64,000 nucleotides of DNA. It comes from Selaginella moellendorffii. Taxonomy: Eukaryota > Plantae > Lycopodiophyta. The stretch lies in assembly GCF_000143415.4 (NCBI RefSeq), contig NW_003314271.1, positions 434,001-498,000 on the forward strand. The letters run 5' to 3'. Position numbers and translations under genes: made by a program. The notes beneath the pieces were generated by a model. The model saw only the letters and a list, made by a program, of their open reading frames with translations. It had not been told where the DNA came from and did not search any database. This document shows, piece after piece, positions 26,700-44,167 of the stretch. The first letter of the stretch is position 1, and each line of letters begins with the position of its first letter.

Positions 26700-27441
26700 T
26701 GACATCTCGCCTCAAAACCAATGTAAGTATAAACTCAGTAAAGAGAGAGCCCACCAAAAAATTTACATGGATAGGGCTTCATCAATTGTCTATTCACACA
26801 ACCAATATTGTGGATGGAAGTGCTTGAAATTCTCCATCTACAAAGGCATTCACCACTCCTTTTAAATCTTGAATCCAGAGATTCTCCTTGTTTGGTCTAC
26901 AAGCAGGACCACTAGCACTAGTGTCCACAACATTTCGCGCATTGTCCCAAGGATCATCCAGCCGATCACAATTCTGTGGAACATCCCGCTACATTCCTTT
27001 GACCATAAACACTACTAAACAAGCTTAAACACCATTTGCTTAATTATTAGAGAATATACTTACTGCGTCATAAACCCTCTTTTTAGTGTTCTTGACAGCT
27101 TTATTCATCATGCCTTTGAACCAGTGGAATGATCCCTGCTAGTGTTGATCAGACTGGGCAATGGAGCCATTCCATTCAGCAGCATCTCACGCCATGAGAG
27201 GTGAGGTACTTCGACATCATGCTTCCAGTAGTCTAGTGCTTTGTAAGGTTTGCTTGAATTGGCTTTGCTTTTGCAGTAGATTTTGTGAAATGAAAGATCT
27301 TAGCGAGGAAATTCGGTATGGTATGTGAGTTTTAGCTAGGTTGCAAATCTAAGCTCATTTCTTTTTGTGGGAATTGGCTGGAGCTGGTCCGTCAAATCTA
27401 TAGAGCTTGAAGTAAGACTGATATTAAACACTGAATGTGTA
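26700..27441. other. About 740-bp segment inverted relative to its duplicate at 35548-36279
   Basis: 26700 gacatctcgcctcaaaacc is the reverse complement of the end of 35548-36279; ...aaacactgaatgtgta (27441) is the near reverse complement of tacacatttagtgttt (35548). Confidence 0.9.
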
Positions 27442-28351
27442 CATTTAGTCTGATTTTTTGGTAGAATTGGAATGGATCACCAAAGGTTTTTTACAGTTAG
27501 AAGGAAGCAGTGGTCCTTGCCCTTGGGCTGTACACCAGGTAGTATACCTGGCACATCAGATGAACGCTAGCGGAGTGCTCTAGCAAATCCATTTAGCATG
27601 GCAGTACCAGCAGAAATGCTTGATGAAGAGGGTGCTCTAGTCCTCAATGTCCCTGGCCATAGCCAGGGTGCAGTCAAGGTGTGCTTGTAGATTTCAGATG
27701 GGTGATGTGCTTAGAAACAAAAACATTCCATGACCAGAGAAATAAAATTAAAAACCAGTCATGGAGAATCTTATAGGGTGGGGGATTTGGTCCTCGCACC
27801 AGATGCCCAAGTCGAGCAAAAACTCCCAGTGCCACCCGAAGTAAAGCGCATCACTTCCCATGCTCAACTCATTGTGTGCTACCCTGATCCACATTTGCCT
27901 AATGTGTTTCGATTAGAAAATTGCAGCGATAATTTGTGAAACTCAAAATATCATGGCTAAATTAGAAAATAATTTATTTCTGTAGCATTTATACTTTATA
28001 AGCACAAGATTAATCTTTCAACCATCATATTCAAAAGTGTTAAGTAAATTACAAATACAAGATTAAATTAAATAGTAGAATATCCCAAGCAGTAACCACC
28101 CCAGTTTCTTTAATCAATACCATATAATGGTTAGTTTCTACATTAAATTATTAGTTAAGATAAATATAAACACGTTATAATTTTTAAATACTGCAATCAG
28201 TTTGAACACAGTGAGTGCCTTGCATGCGTACTGTATTCATCATCCATCCCAATTTGCAAAATGATTCATGCTAAAACCTTCTTGGCCACAAAGCTGACAT
28301 GCCGATGGAGATTAAAATGCTTCTTCTAACACTTGCCTTCGCGTCCACTGC

Positions 28352-29889
28352 CTATCCACGTTCCTCGCGCTTCCTTCCAATTGTGTTCGTGGTGGCTGTG
28401 ATGTTGGTCACTTGGTGATCGTAGCTAACAATCCTTTTGACAAGTCCTGCGACACAATGCTGTGGAAAGATAGAAACGAGAAAACGCGGAAGTTACCCCG
28501 TGGAATTTCTGCCAGGAAGCGCGATGGAAGAGCTTGCTGCCCGCTGTCTTTCATAAGATACGTGACCTGCAAAGTTTCTGAGATTGTGAGAAAAGAATCC
28601 ACATTTCATCATCTTTTACCAAGATGGAGGTCTTCGCTTGAGTAAGCATAACATACAAAAGCCTTCTCTGTACAGGAGGGAGAGAGCGAGTGAGCGTGCA
28701 CAAGGAAGAATGATAATGAGGAACCTCACCTCTTCTTCAAGAATGTCTTGGGCATCAGAAACCATATCTGTGTCGAAGACTGGAAACACTCCCTCGTTGG
28801 CACGAGCTAAAATTATTGCTGGCCATTCCAAACCTTTTGCCTGTGCAGCACAACCACGTAAAAGAGTAATCTTTTCCTTCGCTGTACCTGGTGAATCGTA
28901 GAAAGCGTTACACAGTCCGACGGAGAACTCAACGTCTTGTTGTCTTCGCCAAGCTCATACTCGTCCAGTTTGAGCGCAACTTGATCCAAAAACACTCGTA
29001 ATCTCTGTATGTGATCTTTAAAGTCCGACTGGGAACTCCGCACAGTGCCTTGTCCAGGATCTCTCTTTTGCAGCCTTCTCATGTCCTTGTAACTCGCGTT
29101 CTTGCTTTTGCTCGCTGGATGAAGAGATTTAAGCGTAAGCATCCAAGTCCTAGCTAAGAAACCACATACCAGTTTGAGCTGATGTTTTGGCCATGACAAA
29201 AGCATTGTCACCATCAAAGGCCGCTGCTTCCTTGAGCAAAGCTTTGATACCAGCAAAGTCGGAGCCTCTGGACAAGTTGGCCGTGGAAGAAATCTGCAAA
29301 CTCGCCGTTCGAGCCTCCTCTCGATAAGGTCCAATCTGCTGGAGAAGGTTCATCACCACATCTTTCATGCCAAGTCTCTGGATTTCTTCTTTCGTGTCAG
29401 CCATGATCTTCATCAGCACCTGAGCTCCTTTTATCACCTCTTTCACCAAAACTCCCAATTTTTCGACAACCGGCTGGATCCACGGAGTTGAGAGACTGTC
29501 TTTGCTCATCCCCAGAACATGCGATCGTAGAGTTTTGAGCGACAACGATGAAGAGCCTGCTTGTTGGAGCTCCATCACGCACGAGAGAACTTCCGAACGA
29601 CCGTGTGGACAAAAGAGGAGCATCAGACGCTTGCAAGCGTAGTCATCGGAATCGTTCAGTATCAGCCTCAAGACCCCGAGTATATCTGCCAGAGCTTCAC
29701 CGGTGGAGCTGAATCCCTGTACTGTCGTCACTTCCTCCTGTGACTTTCATCTTGCATGGAACACCGATCGCCTGCAAGTGATGCTGTAGCTCCACACCGA
29801 CCCGATGGACTCGATACAGAACTGCAATCTCTCTCAGCTTCACCCCTTCTGCTCTCGAGCTCGACATAAAGTTGGAGATGGCGGCAACA
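28352..29889 (-). pseudogene. 5'-truncated duplicate of the UvrD-family helicase gene
   Basis: Matches the 3' half of 37233-40153 but stops at the duplication junction, so the ATPase motifs are absent; also an 11-bp frameshifting deletion near 29716. Confidence 0.9.
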
Positions 29890-30940
29890 CGCATTTCCTC
29901 GCAAAATCACTGGAAGTAAGTGTTTTCTCTCTTCTCATCAAAGCGGTACTTGAAATTTTCGTTTTTTTTCTTTCCTTACACCAGTGCTCCTCTCGCGTTT
30001 GATCGTGGTGAGCTCGTGGTGGGCACTTGACCTCGCAAATTGCCCCGCAAAACCACTAGAAGTAAACGCTCGCGATTGACAATGGAAGTAAGTGTTTTCT
30101 TCTCACGGAAAAGCTCAAAGCATCGCGATTGACAATGGTGAAAATCTCCAGATGCCGCGTCCGTCCATGTTGGACCTCCTCGCGATGAATATACTATGAT
30201 AGCTATATCATATGAAACACCGAAAGCATGGTCCTTCCTTTTTTAATAATCTAAGCATTCCATATGATACTTAAGCCTATCATAATGCATCAATCACTCT
30301 TCCGTACGAAACTCCCGGGACGTGGATTCGTGTGGATCCAACGGGCGACGGCCGTCGGAATCTGGGCGGCCACATGGGCCCTGTCGGCTGGATGCCCTTT
30401 CCGTGCCCTCGCATTGTCAGTTATGGACCACCGCCAGGTGGACACGCCTCGTGGCCCAAAATTCTCACACAGCCAAAGGCGACGATTATCTTCCTTATCC
30501 CTGCGATTGCCAGATCTTTGTCGAAACCTTCTTTTCTCCCTGGACCGGGCTTGATTGACGCATTATGGATCGCGAGCTTCGATTTAGCTTGTGAGATCGT
30601 GGGCGCGCGAGGAGGATAGTATAAAATAATGGGAAGAAGACCATACGGAATTCCTTCTTTGCAGAGGCTTCTCTTTTGGTTGAGATGATAGCTCTGCGTT
30701 CCAGGGGAATGATTTCGCGAATCTAGGCATTGCATCTGTGCTGTTTCTACGAGCTTCTTGTCATCATGGATCTAGTCCAAGACGAGAGCGCGCCAAGACA
30801 ACCTTTTGCGGTGATAGAGATGGTGGCATTGTATAGAATTGATTAATTTATGTTTGATCGGTTCTTTTGATGATTTGATTCGAATCTTGCAGCTTACGAG
30901 TTGAAGTTTGCAACTATCAATGCTAAAGTTTTGGAGAACT

Positions 30941-35397
<4,457 letters not shown>

Positions 35398-36399
35398 CCA
35401 CACGACTCTCCAAACCACACGTTATTAGGGCCAGCGCAATCATATTCTCGAAATTATACCAAAAGAAGAATGAAAACAGTTCGCTATTTCACTTTCTTGC
35501 AACCAACATTAAATAATAGATTAAATGGTAATTTTTAATTGAACTCTTACACATTTAGTGTTTAATATCAGTATTACTTCAAGCTCTATAGATTTGACGG
35601 ACCAGCTCCAGCCAATTCCCACAAAAAGAAATGAGCTTAGATTTGCAACCTAGCTAAACCTCACATACCATACCGAATTTCCTCGCTAAGATCTTTCATT
35701 TCACAAAATCTACTGCAAAAGCAAAGCTTACAAAGCACTAGACTACTGGAAGCATGATGTCGAAGTACCTCACCTCTCATGGCGTGAGATGCTGCTGAAT
35801 GGAATGGCTCCATTGCCGAGTCTGATCAACACTATAGTGCAGGGATCATTCCACTGGTTCAAAGGCATGATGAATAACTAAAAGGAGGGTTTATGTATGT
35901 ATGCATGACGCAGTAAGTATATTCTCTAATAATTAAGCAAATGGTGTTTAAGCTTGTTTAGTAGTGTTTATGGTCCAAAATGGCCGCTTACAGAAGCGCT
36001 CGGATGTTGCACAGAAACTGTGATCGGCGGGACAATGCGCGAAATGTCGTGGACACTAGTGCTAGTGGTCCTGCTTGTAGACCAAACAAGGAGAACCTTT
36101 GGATTCAAGATTTAGGAGTGGTGAATGTATTTGTAGATGGAGAATTTCAAGTACTTCCATCCAAAATATTGGTTGTGTGAATAGACAATTGATGAAGGCC
36201 TATCAACTTTCTGGTGGCCTCTCTCTTTACTGAGTTTATACTTACATATTCAACACGTTGGTTTTGAGGCGAGATGTCATATACAGGTTTGATTTTTTGG
36301 TAGAATTGGAATGGATCACCCAAAGGATTTTTAAAGTTAGAAGGAAGCAGTGGTCCTTGCCCTTGGGTTATACAACAGGTAGTATACCTGGCGCATCAG

Positions 36400-36537
36400 N
36401 NNNNNNNNNNNNNNNNNNNNNNNNNNNNNNNNNNNNNNNNNNNNNNNNNNNNNNNNNNNNNNNNNNNNNNNNNNNNNNNNNNNNNNNNNNNNNNNNNNNN
36501 NNNNNNNNNNNNNNNNNNNNNNNNNNNNNNNNNNNNN
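36400..36537. other. Assembly gap (N run)
   Basis: Run of n; the duplicate copy (about 27560-27700) suggests its content. Confidence 1.
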
Positions 36538-37232
36538 GTGATGTGCTTAGAAACAAAACATTCCATGACCAGAGAAATAAAAATAAAAACCAGTCATGGA
36601 GAATCTTATAGGGTGCGGGATTTGGTCCTCGCACCAGATGCCCAAGTCGAGCAAAAACTCCCAGTGCCACCCGAAGTAAAGCGCATCACTTCCCATGCTC
36701 AACTCATTGTGTGCTACCCTGATCCACATTTGCCTAATGTGTTTCGATTAGAAAATTGCAGCGATAATTTGTGAAACTGAAAATATCATGGCTAAATTAG
36801 AAAATAATTTATTTCTGTAGCAATGGTTTGCTTAATATTCCATTATAAACATATTTATAATTTATAAGCACAAGATTAATCTTTCAACCATCAGGTGGTA
36901 AAATAAACTAGAATATATTCAAAAGTGTTTAGTAAATTACAAATACAAGATTAAATCCAAGCAGTAACCACCCCAGGTTCTTTAATCAATACTATATAAT
37001 GGTTAGTTTCTACATTAAATTATTAGTTAAGATAAATATAAACACGTCATAATTTTTAAATAAATATACAGCTGCAATCAGTTTGAACACAGTGAGTGCC
37101 TTGCATGCGTACTGTACTCATCATCCATCCCAATTTGCAAAATGATTCATGCTAAAACCTTCCTGGCCACAAAGCTGACATGCCGATGGAGATTAAAATG
37201 CTTCTTCTAACACTTGCCTTCGCGTCCACTGC

Positions 37233-40153
37233 CTATCCACGTTCCTCGCGCTTCCTTCCAATTGTGTTCGTGGTGGCTGTGATGTTGGTCACTTGGTGAT
37301 CGTAGCTAACAATCCTTTTGACAAGTCCTGCGAAACAATGCTGTGGAAAGATAGAAACGAGAAAACGCGGAAGTTACCCCGTGGAATTTCTGCCAGGAAG
37401 CGCGATGGAAGAGCTTGCTGCCCGCTGTCTTTCATAAGATACGTGATCTGCAAAGTTTCTGAGATTGTGAGAAAAGAATCCACATTTCATCATCTGTTAC
37501 CAAGATGGAGGTCTTCGCTCGAGTAAGCGTAACATACAAAAGCCTTCTCTGTACAGGAGGGAGGGAGCGAGTGAGCGTGCACAAGGAAGAATGATAATGA
37601 GGAACCTCACCTCTTCTTCAAGAATGTCTTGGGCATCAGAAACCATATCTGTGTCGAAGACTGGTAACACTCCCTCGTTGGCACGAGCTAAAACTATTGC
37701 TGGCCATTCCAAACCTTTTGCCTGTGCAGCACAACCACGTAAAAGAATGATCTTTTCCTTCGCTGTACCTGGTGAATCGTAGAAAGCGTTACACAGTCCG
37801 ACGGAGAACTCAACGTCTTGTTGTCTTCGCCAAGCTCATACTCGTGCAGTTTGAGCGCAACTTGATCCAAAAACACTCGTAATCGCTGTGTGTGATCTTT
37901 AAAGTCCGACTGGGAACTCCGCACAGTGCCTTGTCCAGGATCTCTCTTTTGCAGCCTTCTCATGTCCTTGTAACTCGCGTTCTTGCTTTTGCTCGCTGGA
38001 TGAAGAGATTTAAGCGTAAGCATCCAAGTCCTAGCTAAGAAACCACATACCAGTTTGAGCTGATGTTTTGGCCATGACAAAAGCATTGTCACCATCAAAG
38101 GCCGCTGCTTCCTTGAGCAAAGCTTTGATACCAGCGAAGTCGGAGCCTCCGGACAAGTTGGCCGTGGAAGAAATCTGCAAACTCGCCGTTCGAGCCTCCT
38201 CTCGATAAGGTCCAATCTGCTGGAGAAGGTTCATCACCACATCTTTCATGCCAAGCCTCTGGAGTTCTTCTTTCGTGTCAGCCATGATCTTCATCAGCAC
38301 CTGAGCTCCTTTTATCACCTCTTTCACCAAAACTCCCAATTTTTCGACAACCGGCTGGATCCACGGAGCTGAGAGACTGTCTTTGCTCATCCCCAGAACA
38401 TGCGATCGTAGAGTTTTGAGCGACTGCAACAGCGATGAAGAGCCTGCTTGTTGGAGCTGCATCACGCACGAGAGAACTTCCGAACGACCGTCTGGACAAA
38501 AGAGGAGCATCAGACGCTTGCAAGCGTAGTCATCGGACTCGTTCAGTATCAGCCTCAAGACCCCGAGTATATCTGCCAGAGCTTCACCGGTGGAGCTGAA
38601 TCCTTTTGCTGAGACTGTACTGTCGTCACTTCCTCCTGTGACTTTCATCTTGCACGGAACACCGATCGCCTGCAAGTGATGCTGTAGCTCCACACCGACC
38701 CGATGGACTCGATACAGAACTGCAATCTCGCTCAGCTTCACCCCTTCTGCTCTCGAGCTCGATATAAAGTTCGAGATGGCGGCAACCTCGCACAGCACGT
38801 TTCTACACTCGCACATCGCGACGAGCTTCCCCGTCGGAGCCGTGGTTCCAATGGACTTCCTCATCCGGCTTTCGTTTCTCGATATCACCGATCGTGCTGC
38901 CGCGACAATGGCACCTGTGCTGCGAAAGTTCCGTTCCAGTTTTACCACAGTGGCGCCACCGAATGTCGACGAGAAGCTTTCCAAGTTTTGGATTCCAGCG
39001 GCTCCTCTCCAGGAATAAATCTGCTGGTCGTCATCCCCGACTACTGTGACGTGGTGATGCCTCGTAGAAAGCGCTTGCAAGAGCTTGAATTGTCCGGTGT
39101 CCGTATCCTGAAACTCGTCGACTAGTAAGAAGCTGTTACGTAAAGGAAGGAGAAGAAAACTCCATGCTCACCCAAGATATGCTGCAATTTCATGTCCAAA
39201 GAGTCCAGAATACCTGGAAAACTTTCGAGCACATCGTTGGTACGCCTTGTAAAAGAGTTGAAATCGATAGCATTGATGTTTTGGAGGTGTGAATGGTATC
39301 TCTCGAGAACCCAGTCAAGCATGCCACCACCTTTCTTGGCGCTGTTCAAGGCAGCGGTGTCATGTTTTCTTTGCATCTGTCCAATCTGTTTCATCATTCG
39401 ATAAGCTTCGGTCCTAAAGAGCTGCTTCTTCAAAGATCCCTGCGAGAGAAAAAGAAATAAGAGTTCGAATGAAGATTGTTTTTTCATTTGATCAAACCTC
39501 GCATTTCTGGCCATTGCTCCTCATGAGATGCCACTCGTAGACAAGCTCCTGCAGCAACTCCAGCTGAAAAAGAATAGGAGAAAACATCCACAAAACAGGA
39601 AATGAGAAGAGAAAAAAAAAGGGGGAAAAACTTGCCTGCATCTTTGGCGTGAAAATGGTGAAGTCGGGAGCCAACTTTGCTTGCGAGGGAACAGCCCTGA
39701 GAATCGACAAGCAAAACGAATGGAAGGTCCCAACACGAACACCCTCGATGGAAATGCCGCTGTTTGATCCAAGCTTCCTCAGCCTCGAGAGAAGATCTTG
39801 CCCAGCTCGACGAGTAAACTACCAAAACCACGCCAAGAACAAGGACAAGAGAGATCAAAGCTTTGAGTTTTCTTCCTTCTTTCCATACCGTGACCGCAAG
39901 GATCTCCTTGGCCGGAACACCCTGCTCAAAACGCAAGCCAATAAATCCAATCCTCGCAAGAAAACCGACTTACATTCCGGATCAAATGAAGAATGCGATA
40001 GCACAAGACAAGCGTCTTCCCTGATCCCTGCCACCATCGATCAAGACGAATCGAGAAACCCCAAATGCAGCTTACCGCGGCCGCAAGAATCATAAGCGGG
40101 CATGAAATGGGCGCCGTGACCGCGGCTACTTGCGACTCCGTGAGCTCCACCAT
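37233..40153 (-). CDS. UvrD/Rep/PcrA/Srs2-family superfamily 1A DNA helicase, multi-exon
   Basis: LTESQVAAV, PLMILAAA|GSGKT, VDEFQDT, VVGDDDQQIYSWRGA, KLERNFRST, IAVLYR, VTLSTIHQ|AKGLEWP, EEE..RLLYVTLTRAK, PSRFLAEIP. Confidence 0.9.
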
Positions 40154-40159
40154 CCTCCT

Positions 40160-40168
40160 AAACCCTAA
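40160..40168. promoter_or_regulatory. Telo-box (AAACCCTAA) just upstream of the helicase ATG; similar boxes lie near 12444, 13169, 18049 and 60953
   Basis: Literal motif near the start of housekeeping and replication genes, a known plant cis-element pattern. Confidence 0.55.
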
Positions 40169-40811
40169 AACCCCAAGGCCAAGCTACCAAGCCATCTTTA
40201 TTCGATTTTTTGAGATGAAACCACTGGTTTCTTCGATCACGAGAAGAATTTTCTTAAGCAGTAGCTTGTACTTGATCACTCCAGAGAGATTCTCCAACCC
40301 TTTGGCTCGTCACCTGGAACCGTCTCCGCGTAAACAACAGATCAATCAAGGATGGATTTTCAAACCAGTAGAAGCAGCACTGTAACATATTGTGAGCTTC
40401 ACGACCCCAAGGAAAGAAGAAAAAAAGAGAGCTTTCAAGCTTTGTATCTCTGAAAGATAGGAAAGTCTTTTATGCTTTTATACGCTGGTGAAAGAGGATC
40501 TAAGTACAGATCAGCTAATTTGTTTGGTTGCCATTGAAAATGCCCAGCTTTGGCAGCCCTTTAAAAACTGGCCACAGACAAAGTGGCATTGCCTTCTTTG
40601 AGAATAAAGAAATAGTAATAGATCAAGAGATCATCATTATAATCCGTGGGTGTCATGCTTCTTGGTGGGCGTTGTGAGAAACAAATGAATGGATATGAGA
40701 AAGAGATAAGATTTTGGGTTTTTCTTCCATACCTTAATAACCGTATATTTTGGAATGAAGAAGCACAAGACGAGAAGACGAATCGACGCAGATAAATCGC
40801 AACTCAAAAGT

Positions 40812-41417
40812 TTATTTGTGGAAATACAAACTTTCGGCAATAGCTTCACCGGCAACGTAGCTGATCACTAGAGTCACCTCCAGATGAGATTCCCCAACCC
40901 TTGTGGCCGTTACCTTGAACCGGTTATCAAGGACGCTGGCTCTCCAATCCCCCATTCCAGCGTAAATGACATTCCAATACACATACAAGTTGAAGACCCT
41001 CTGACCATCGCTCGAGTAAACATCAAACGAGCCCTCGGTACCAGTGGGAGACCAGTTCCTCCCACTCGCAGTGATGTGGTACTCGCCCCACGCTGTCATG
41101 GTGAGACCATTGGGAGATCCAATCTCCGTGTAATCGTTCCTTCCACGGACCCATTTCCCATATCCAAGCCACGAGTTTGCGACGTAGAGTGTCAAGGGAC
41201 CTTGGGTGTAGTAGATTGTCAGTGCAAAGTAGTTGTCCTCGCCCTTGAGCGATTCTCGTGTTGGAAAATCACCAAAAGCAAATGTTACGTTTCAGATCAA
41301 ATAGAAAGAGAATACAGTAACATTGTTGAGATGAGTAGCAACTGGAGGAAGTTCACGACCCAAAGAAAGAGTAGCCAACAAGGAGAAGAACGCTACAAGC
41401 GCTCCAAGCTTTGCCAT
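40812..41417 (-). pseudogene. Aegerolysin-like gene copy A, probably disrupted
   Basis: Highly similar to 42032-42627, but one G is lost at the donor, the acceptor CAG is changed to CAC, and the stop codon is lost (read-through to ESLYFHK*). Confidence 0.7.
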
Positions 41418-41419
41418 GG

Positions 41420-41590
41420 NNNNNNNNNNNNNNNNNNNNNNNNNNNNNNNNNNNNNNNNNNNNNNNNNNNNNNNNNNNNNNNNNNNNNNNNNNNNNNNNN
41501 NNNNNNNNNNNNNNNNNNNNNNNNNNNNNNNNNNNNNNNNNNNNNNNNNNNNNNNNNNNNNNNNNNNNNNNNNNNNNNNNNNNNNNNNNN
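41420..41590. other. Assembly gap (N run) inside the aegerolysin array
   Basis: Run of n. Confidence 1.
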
Positions 41591-42031
41591 TTTGTGACTA
41601 GGGGCCATGGGTAATTGTCCTCGATACGAGATTCTCCTGTCGAAAAAATGCTTTACCCAGGGAAGTGTGCAGCAATTTGACAACCCAAGAAAGAACAAAG
41701 AAGAACAAGAGCAAGAAGAAGGGAGCTCCAAGATTTATGCTGGTGAAAGAGGACGGGCTGTAGTAACGAATTGAAAATGCCCAGCTTCGTTCAAGTCTGA
41801 GAAACGTGGGAAACCACTCACCAAAAACAGAGTATTACTTTCTTGGGGCGGCCCGACCGAGTGCTCTCCATTCTCTCGCCACTTCAGAACATAGTCAAGA
41901 TCTGTTAAGCATTTTCCTGGCTTCCTCCAGAGCACGCATTTTCTATTCCCTTTGCCAGATCTTGTGAAGTCAAAAGACAATTAAAACACCAGGAAAAGTT
42001 TATTTGAATACTTAGATGGATAGATTCACTT

Positions 42032-42627
42032 TCAAGCAATAGCTTCACCGGCAACGGACTTGATCACTAGAGTCACGTCCAGATGAGATTCCCCAATCCT
42101 TGTCGCCGTCGCCTGGAACCGGCTATCAAACACGGTTCTTTTCCATTCCCCCATTCCAGCGTAAACAACGTCCCAGTAGACATACAAGACCCTCTGACCA
42201 TCGCTCGAGTAAACATCAAACGAGCCCTCGGTACCAGTGGGAGACCAGCTCCTCCCACTCGCAGTGATGTGGTACTCGCCCCACGCTGTCATGGTGAGAC
42301 CATTGGGAGATCCAATCTCCGTGAAATCGTTCTTTCCACGTACCCATTTCCCATATCCAAGCCACGAGTTTGTGACGTAGAGCGTCAAGGGACCTTCGGT
42401 GTAGTAGATTACCAGTGCAAAGTAATTGTCCTCGCCCTTGAGCTTGGAATGAGAATCTCCTGTTGGAAAAACCACCAAAAGCAAATGTTACATTTCAGAT
42501 CTAACAGAAGGAGAATAAATGAACCAGTAGCATTGTTAAGATGTGTAGCAACTGGAGGAAGTTCACGAGCAAGAAGGGGAGCAACCAAGAAGGAAAAGAA
42601 CGCTACAAGAGCTCCAAGCTTTGCCAT
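42032..42627 (-). CDS. Secreted aegerolysin-family protein, copy B (exons 42627-42525 and 42459-42032; 176 aa)
   Basis: Exon 1 is a signal peptide (MAKLGALVAFFSFLVAPLLA), joined by a phase-1 GT-AG intron. Exon 2 reads LYVTNSWLGYGKW...EIGSPNG...ITASGRSWSPTGTEGSFDVY...YVYWD, matching the aegerolysin pattern L.WGK...GR...SGT.G.FD...YWD. Confidence 0.8.
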
Positions 42628-42967
42628 GGCTTGCATCTCCAAAAGTGATGAGAGCTCTTATTTATGCTTTTGGCAACTCTCAGCTAGTTTGTTTTTATGT
42701 GAAGGATAATAAAGGTGGGATGGTTTTATCACCGACAATTTAAGTTTATTAAGTAAGGTCTTTTAAACTTAACTTGGACTGAAATTTGTGTAATATTGAA
42801 AATAATATATTGCAAGTGCATGGAATATGGAAATTGAATATAGAAAATGTGCATATTAATTAGCCCAAAAGCCCTAATTTATATACAGAAGTGAATGGTC
42901 TGCATTAAAACTAATCTTATAGCTACCAAAATCCCATTATGCTAATATTAATATATAGTATTGTAAC

Positions 42968-43003
42968 CACACATCACATCACATCACATTGTCACATCAC
43001 ATC
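42968..43003. repeat. (CACAT)n pentanucleotide repeat
   Basis: cacatcacatcacatcacat...cacatcacatca seen directly. Confidence 0.85.
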
Positions 43004-43329
43004 ATCTTTCTTCTTGGAATAATAAAAGATTATCGAGGTTCTCTCGTAAATGGGCCGAGATCTAGAAGAACATTAGAAAGAGGCATCAGTGAATTTATAG
43101 GTGGTATCAATTGTTTTGATCCATTTATATAAAGTGTTTTAACCGTTGCACATGCAGAACTTTTAGAGGATCGGCCTATTGAATGTTATGGCAAACCTCA
43201 TAAACTTGTGGTTAAACTTGTTGCAACCTGATATAATTCTTTCCATTGAGCAAGGAACCTCTTAAATAAACCTTGTACCCAAAACAAACTAACATTAAGT
43301 CATCCACTTTATACTCTATATATAGGTAG

Positions 43330-44060
43330 ACGATGATGGGAGTTGTAGTGCTATTGTTATCCCACTTGTATGCAGCCTAGGTGTTTGGCAGACTTTGCTC
43401 AGACAAGTGGAAAAATGCTCATTAAATACTAATCCCACGACTTGGCATCAGCAGCTTGTGGCAATTGTCAAAGTAAATATAGCTCTGTTAGTAATATTGG
43501 ATCATGACTATATAAGAGTTTACATGGTGAAACACTAATAGAACTTTACACCCCTGTGACATATGCATACCAAAAAGATAATAAATAACTATCCCAATTT
43601 AAATGTTGAAAGTTTACATACTTTGCAATTATTCCTTTGAATGTCCAAATGAGCTATTCCACCAAATTGTCTAACTTTAGATGATAAACACTCATGAAAG
43701 TGTGCCGTATCCCTAACCAAGACATTAAAACACAAAATGCCTCAGCCATAAAATATAGGACTATTATCTGAAAAAATCTGTTTCGGACAAGAATGTTGAA
43801 ATACCACTCGATTGAGGAGGAAGTATCCAACAACAATTGCAAATATACTAGCAAGAGCACCAAGTTCCACCTAACGAGTCAAATAGTCAAAAGCAATAAT
43901 AACATACTTATTGCCAACGAAAAAAATCCCATAAGATCAAATGCCACCAACTCAAACGGATGGGAAATTGCAATTGACTCCAACCGTCCTTTTGAAACAC
44001 GAGGGGGAGTATTACAAATTTGGCATCAAACACAACTACACATATACTAAATAGCATTAT
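43330..44060 (-). mobile_element. Decayed Ty3/gypsy LTR retrotransposon integrase remnant
   Basis: Minus-strand translation across stops and frameshifts gives YMCSCV*CQIC (zinc-binding CxxC), PFELVAFDLMG, GNKYVIIAFDYLTR*VE, FQHSCPKQIFSDNSP, LGIRHTFMSVYHLKLDNLVE and KSWD*YL, in the order of the rve core. Confidence 0.8.
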
Positions 44061-44167
44061 GTCACATCTTTAGGCAATAGAAAGACAATGATGGTGTATC
44101 AAGAGTCCTTAGGAACAAGCTGTAAACACTCAAGGTAAACCTAAGTCCTTAATAAGACCAAAATGAG

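Noticed and set aside
27730-27939. 69-aa ORF conserved in both duplicate copies (also 36538-36774)
   Set aside because: Conservation is no greater than that of the flanking non-coding DNA; no motif.
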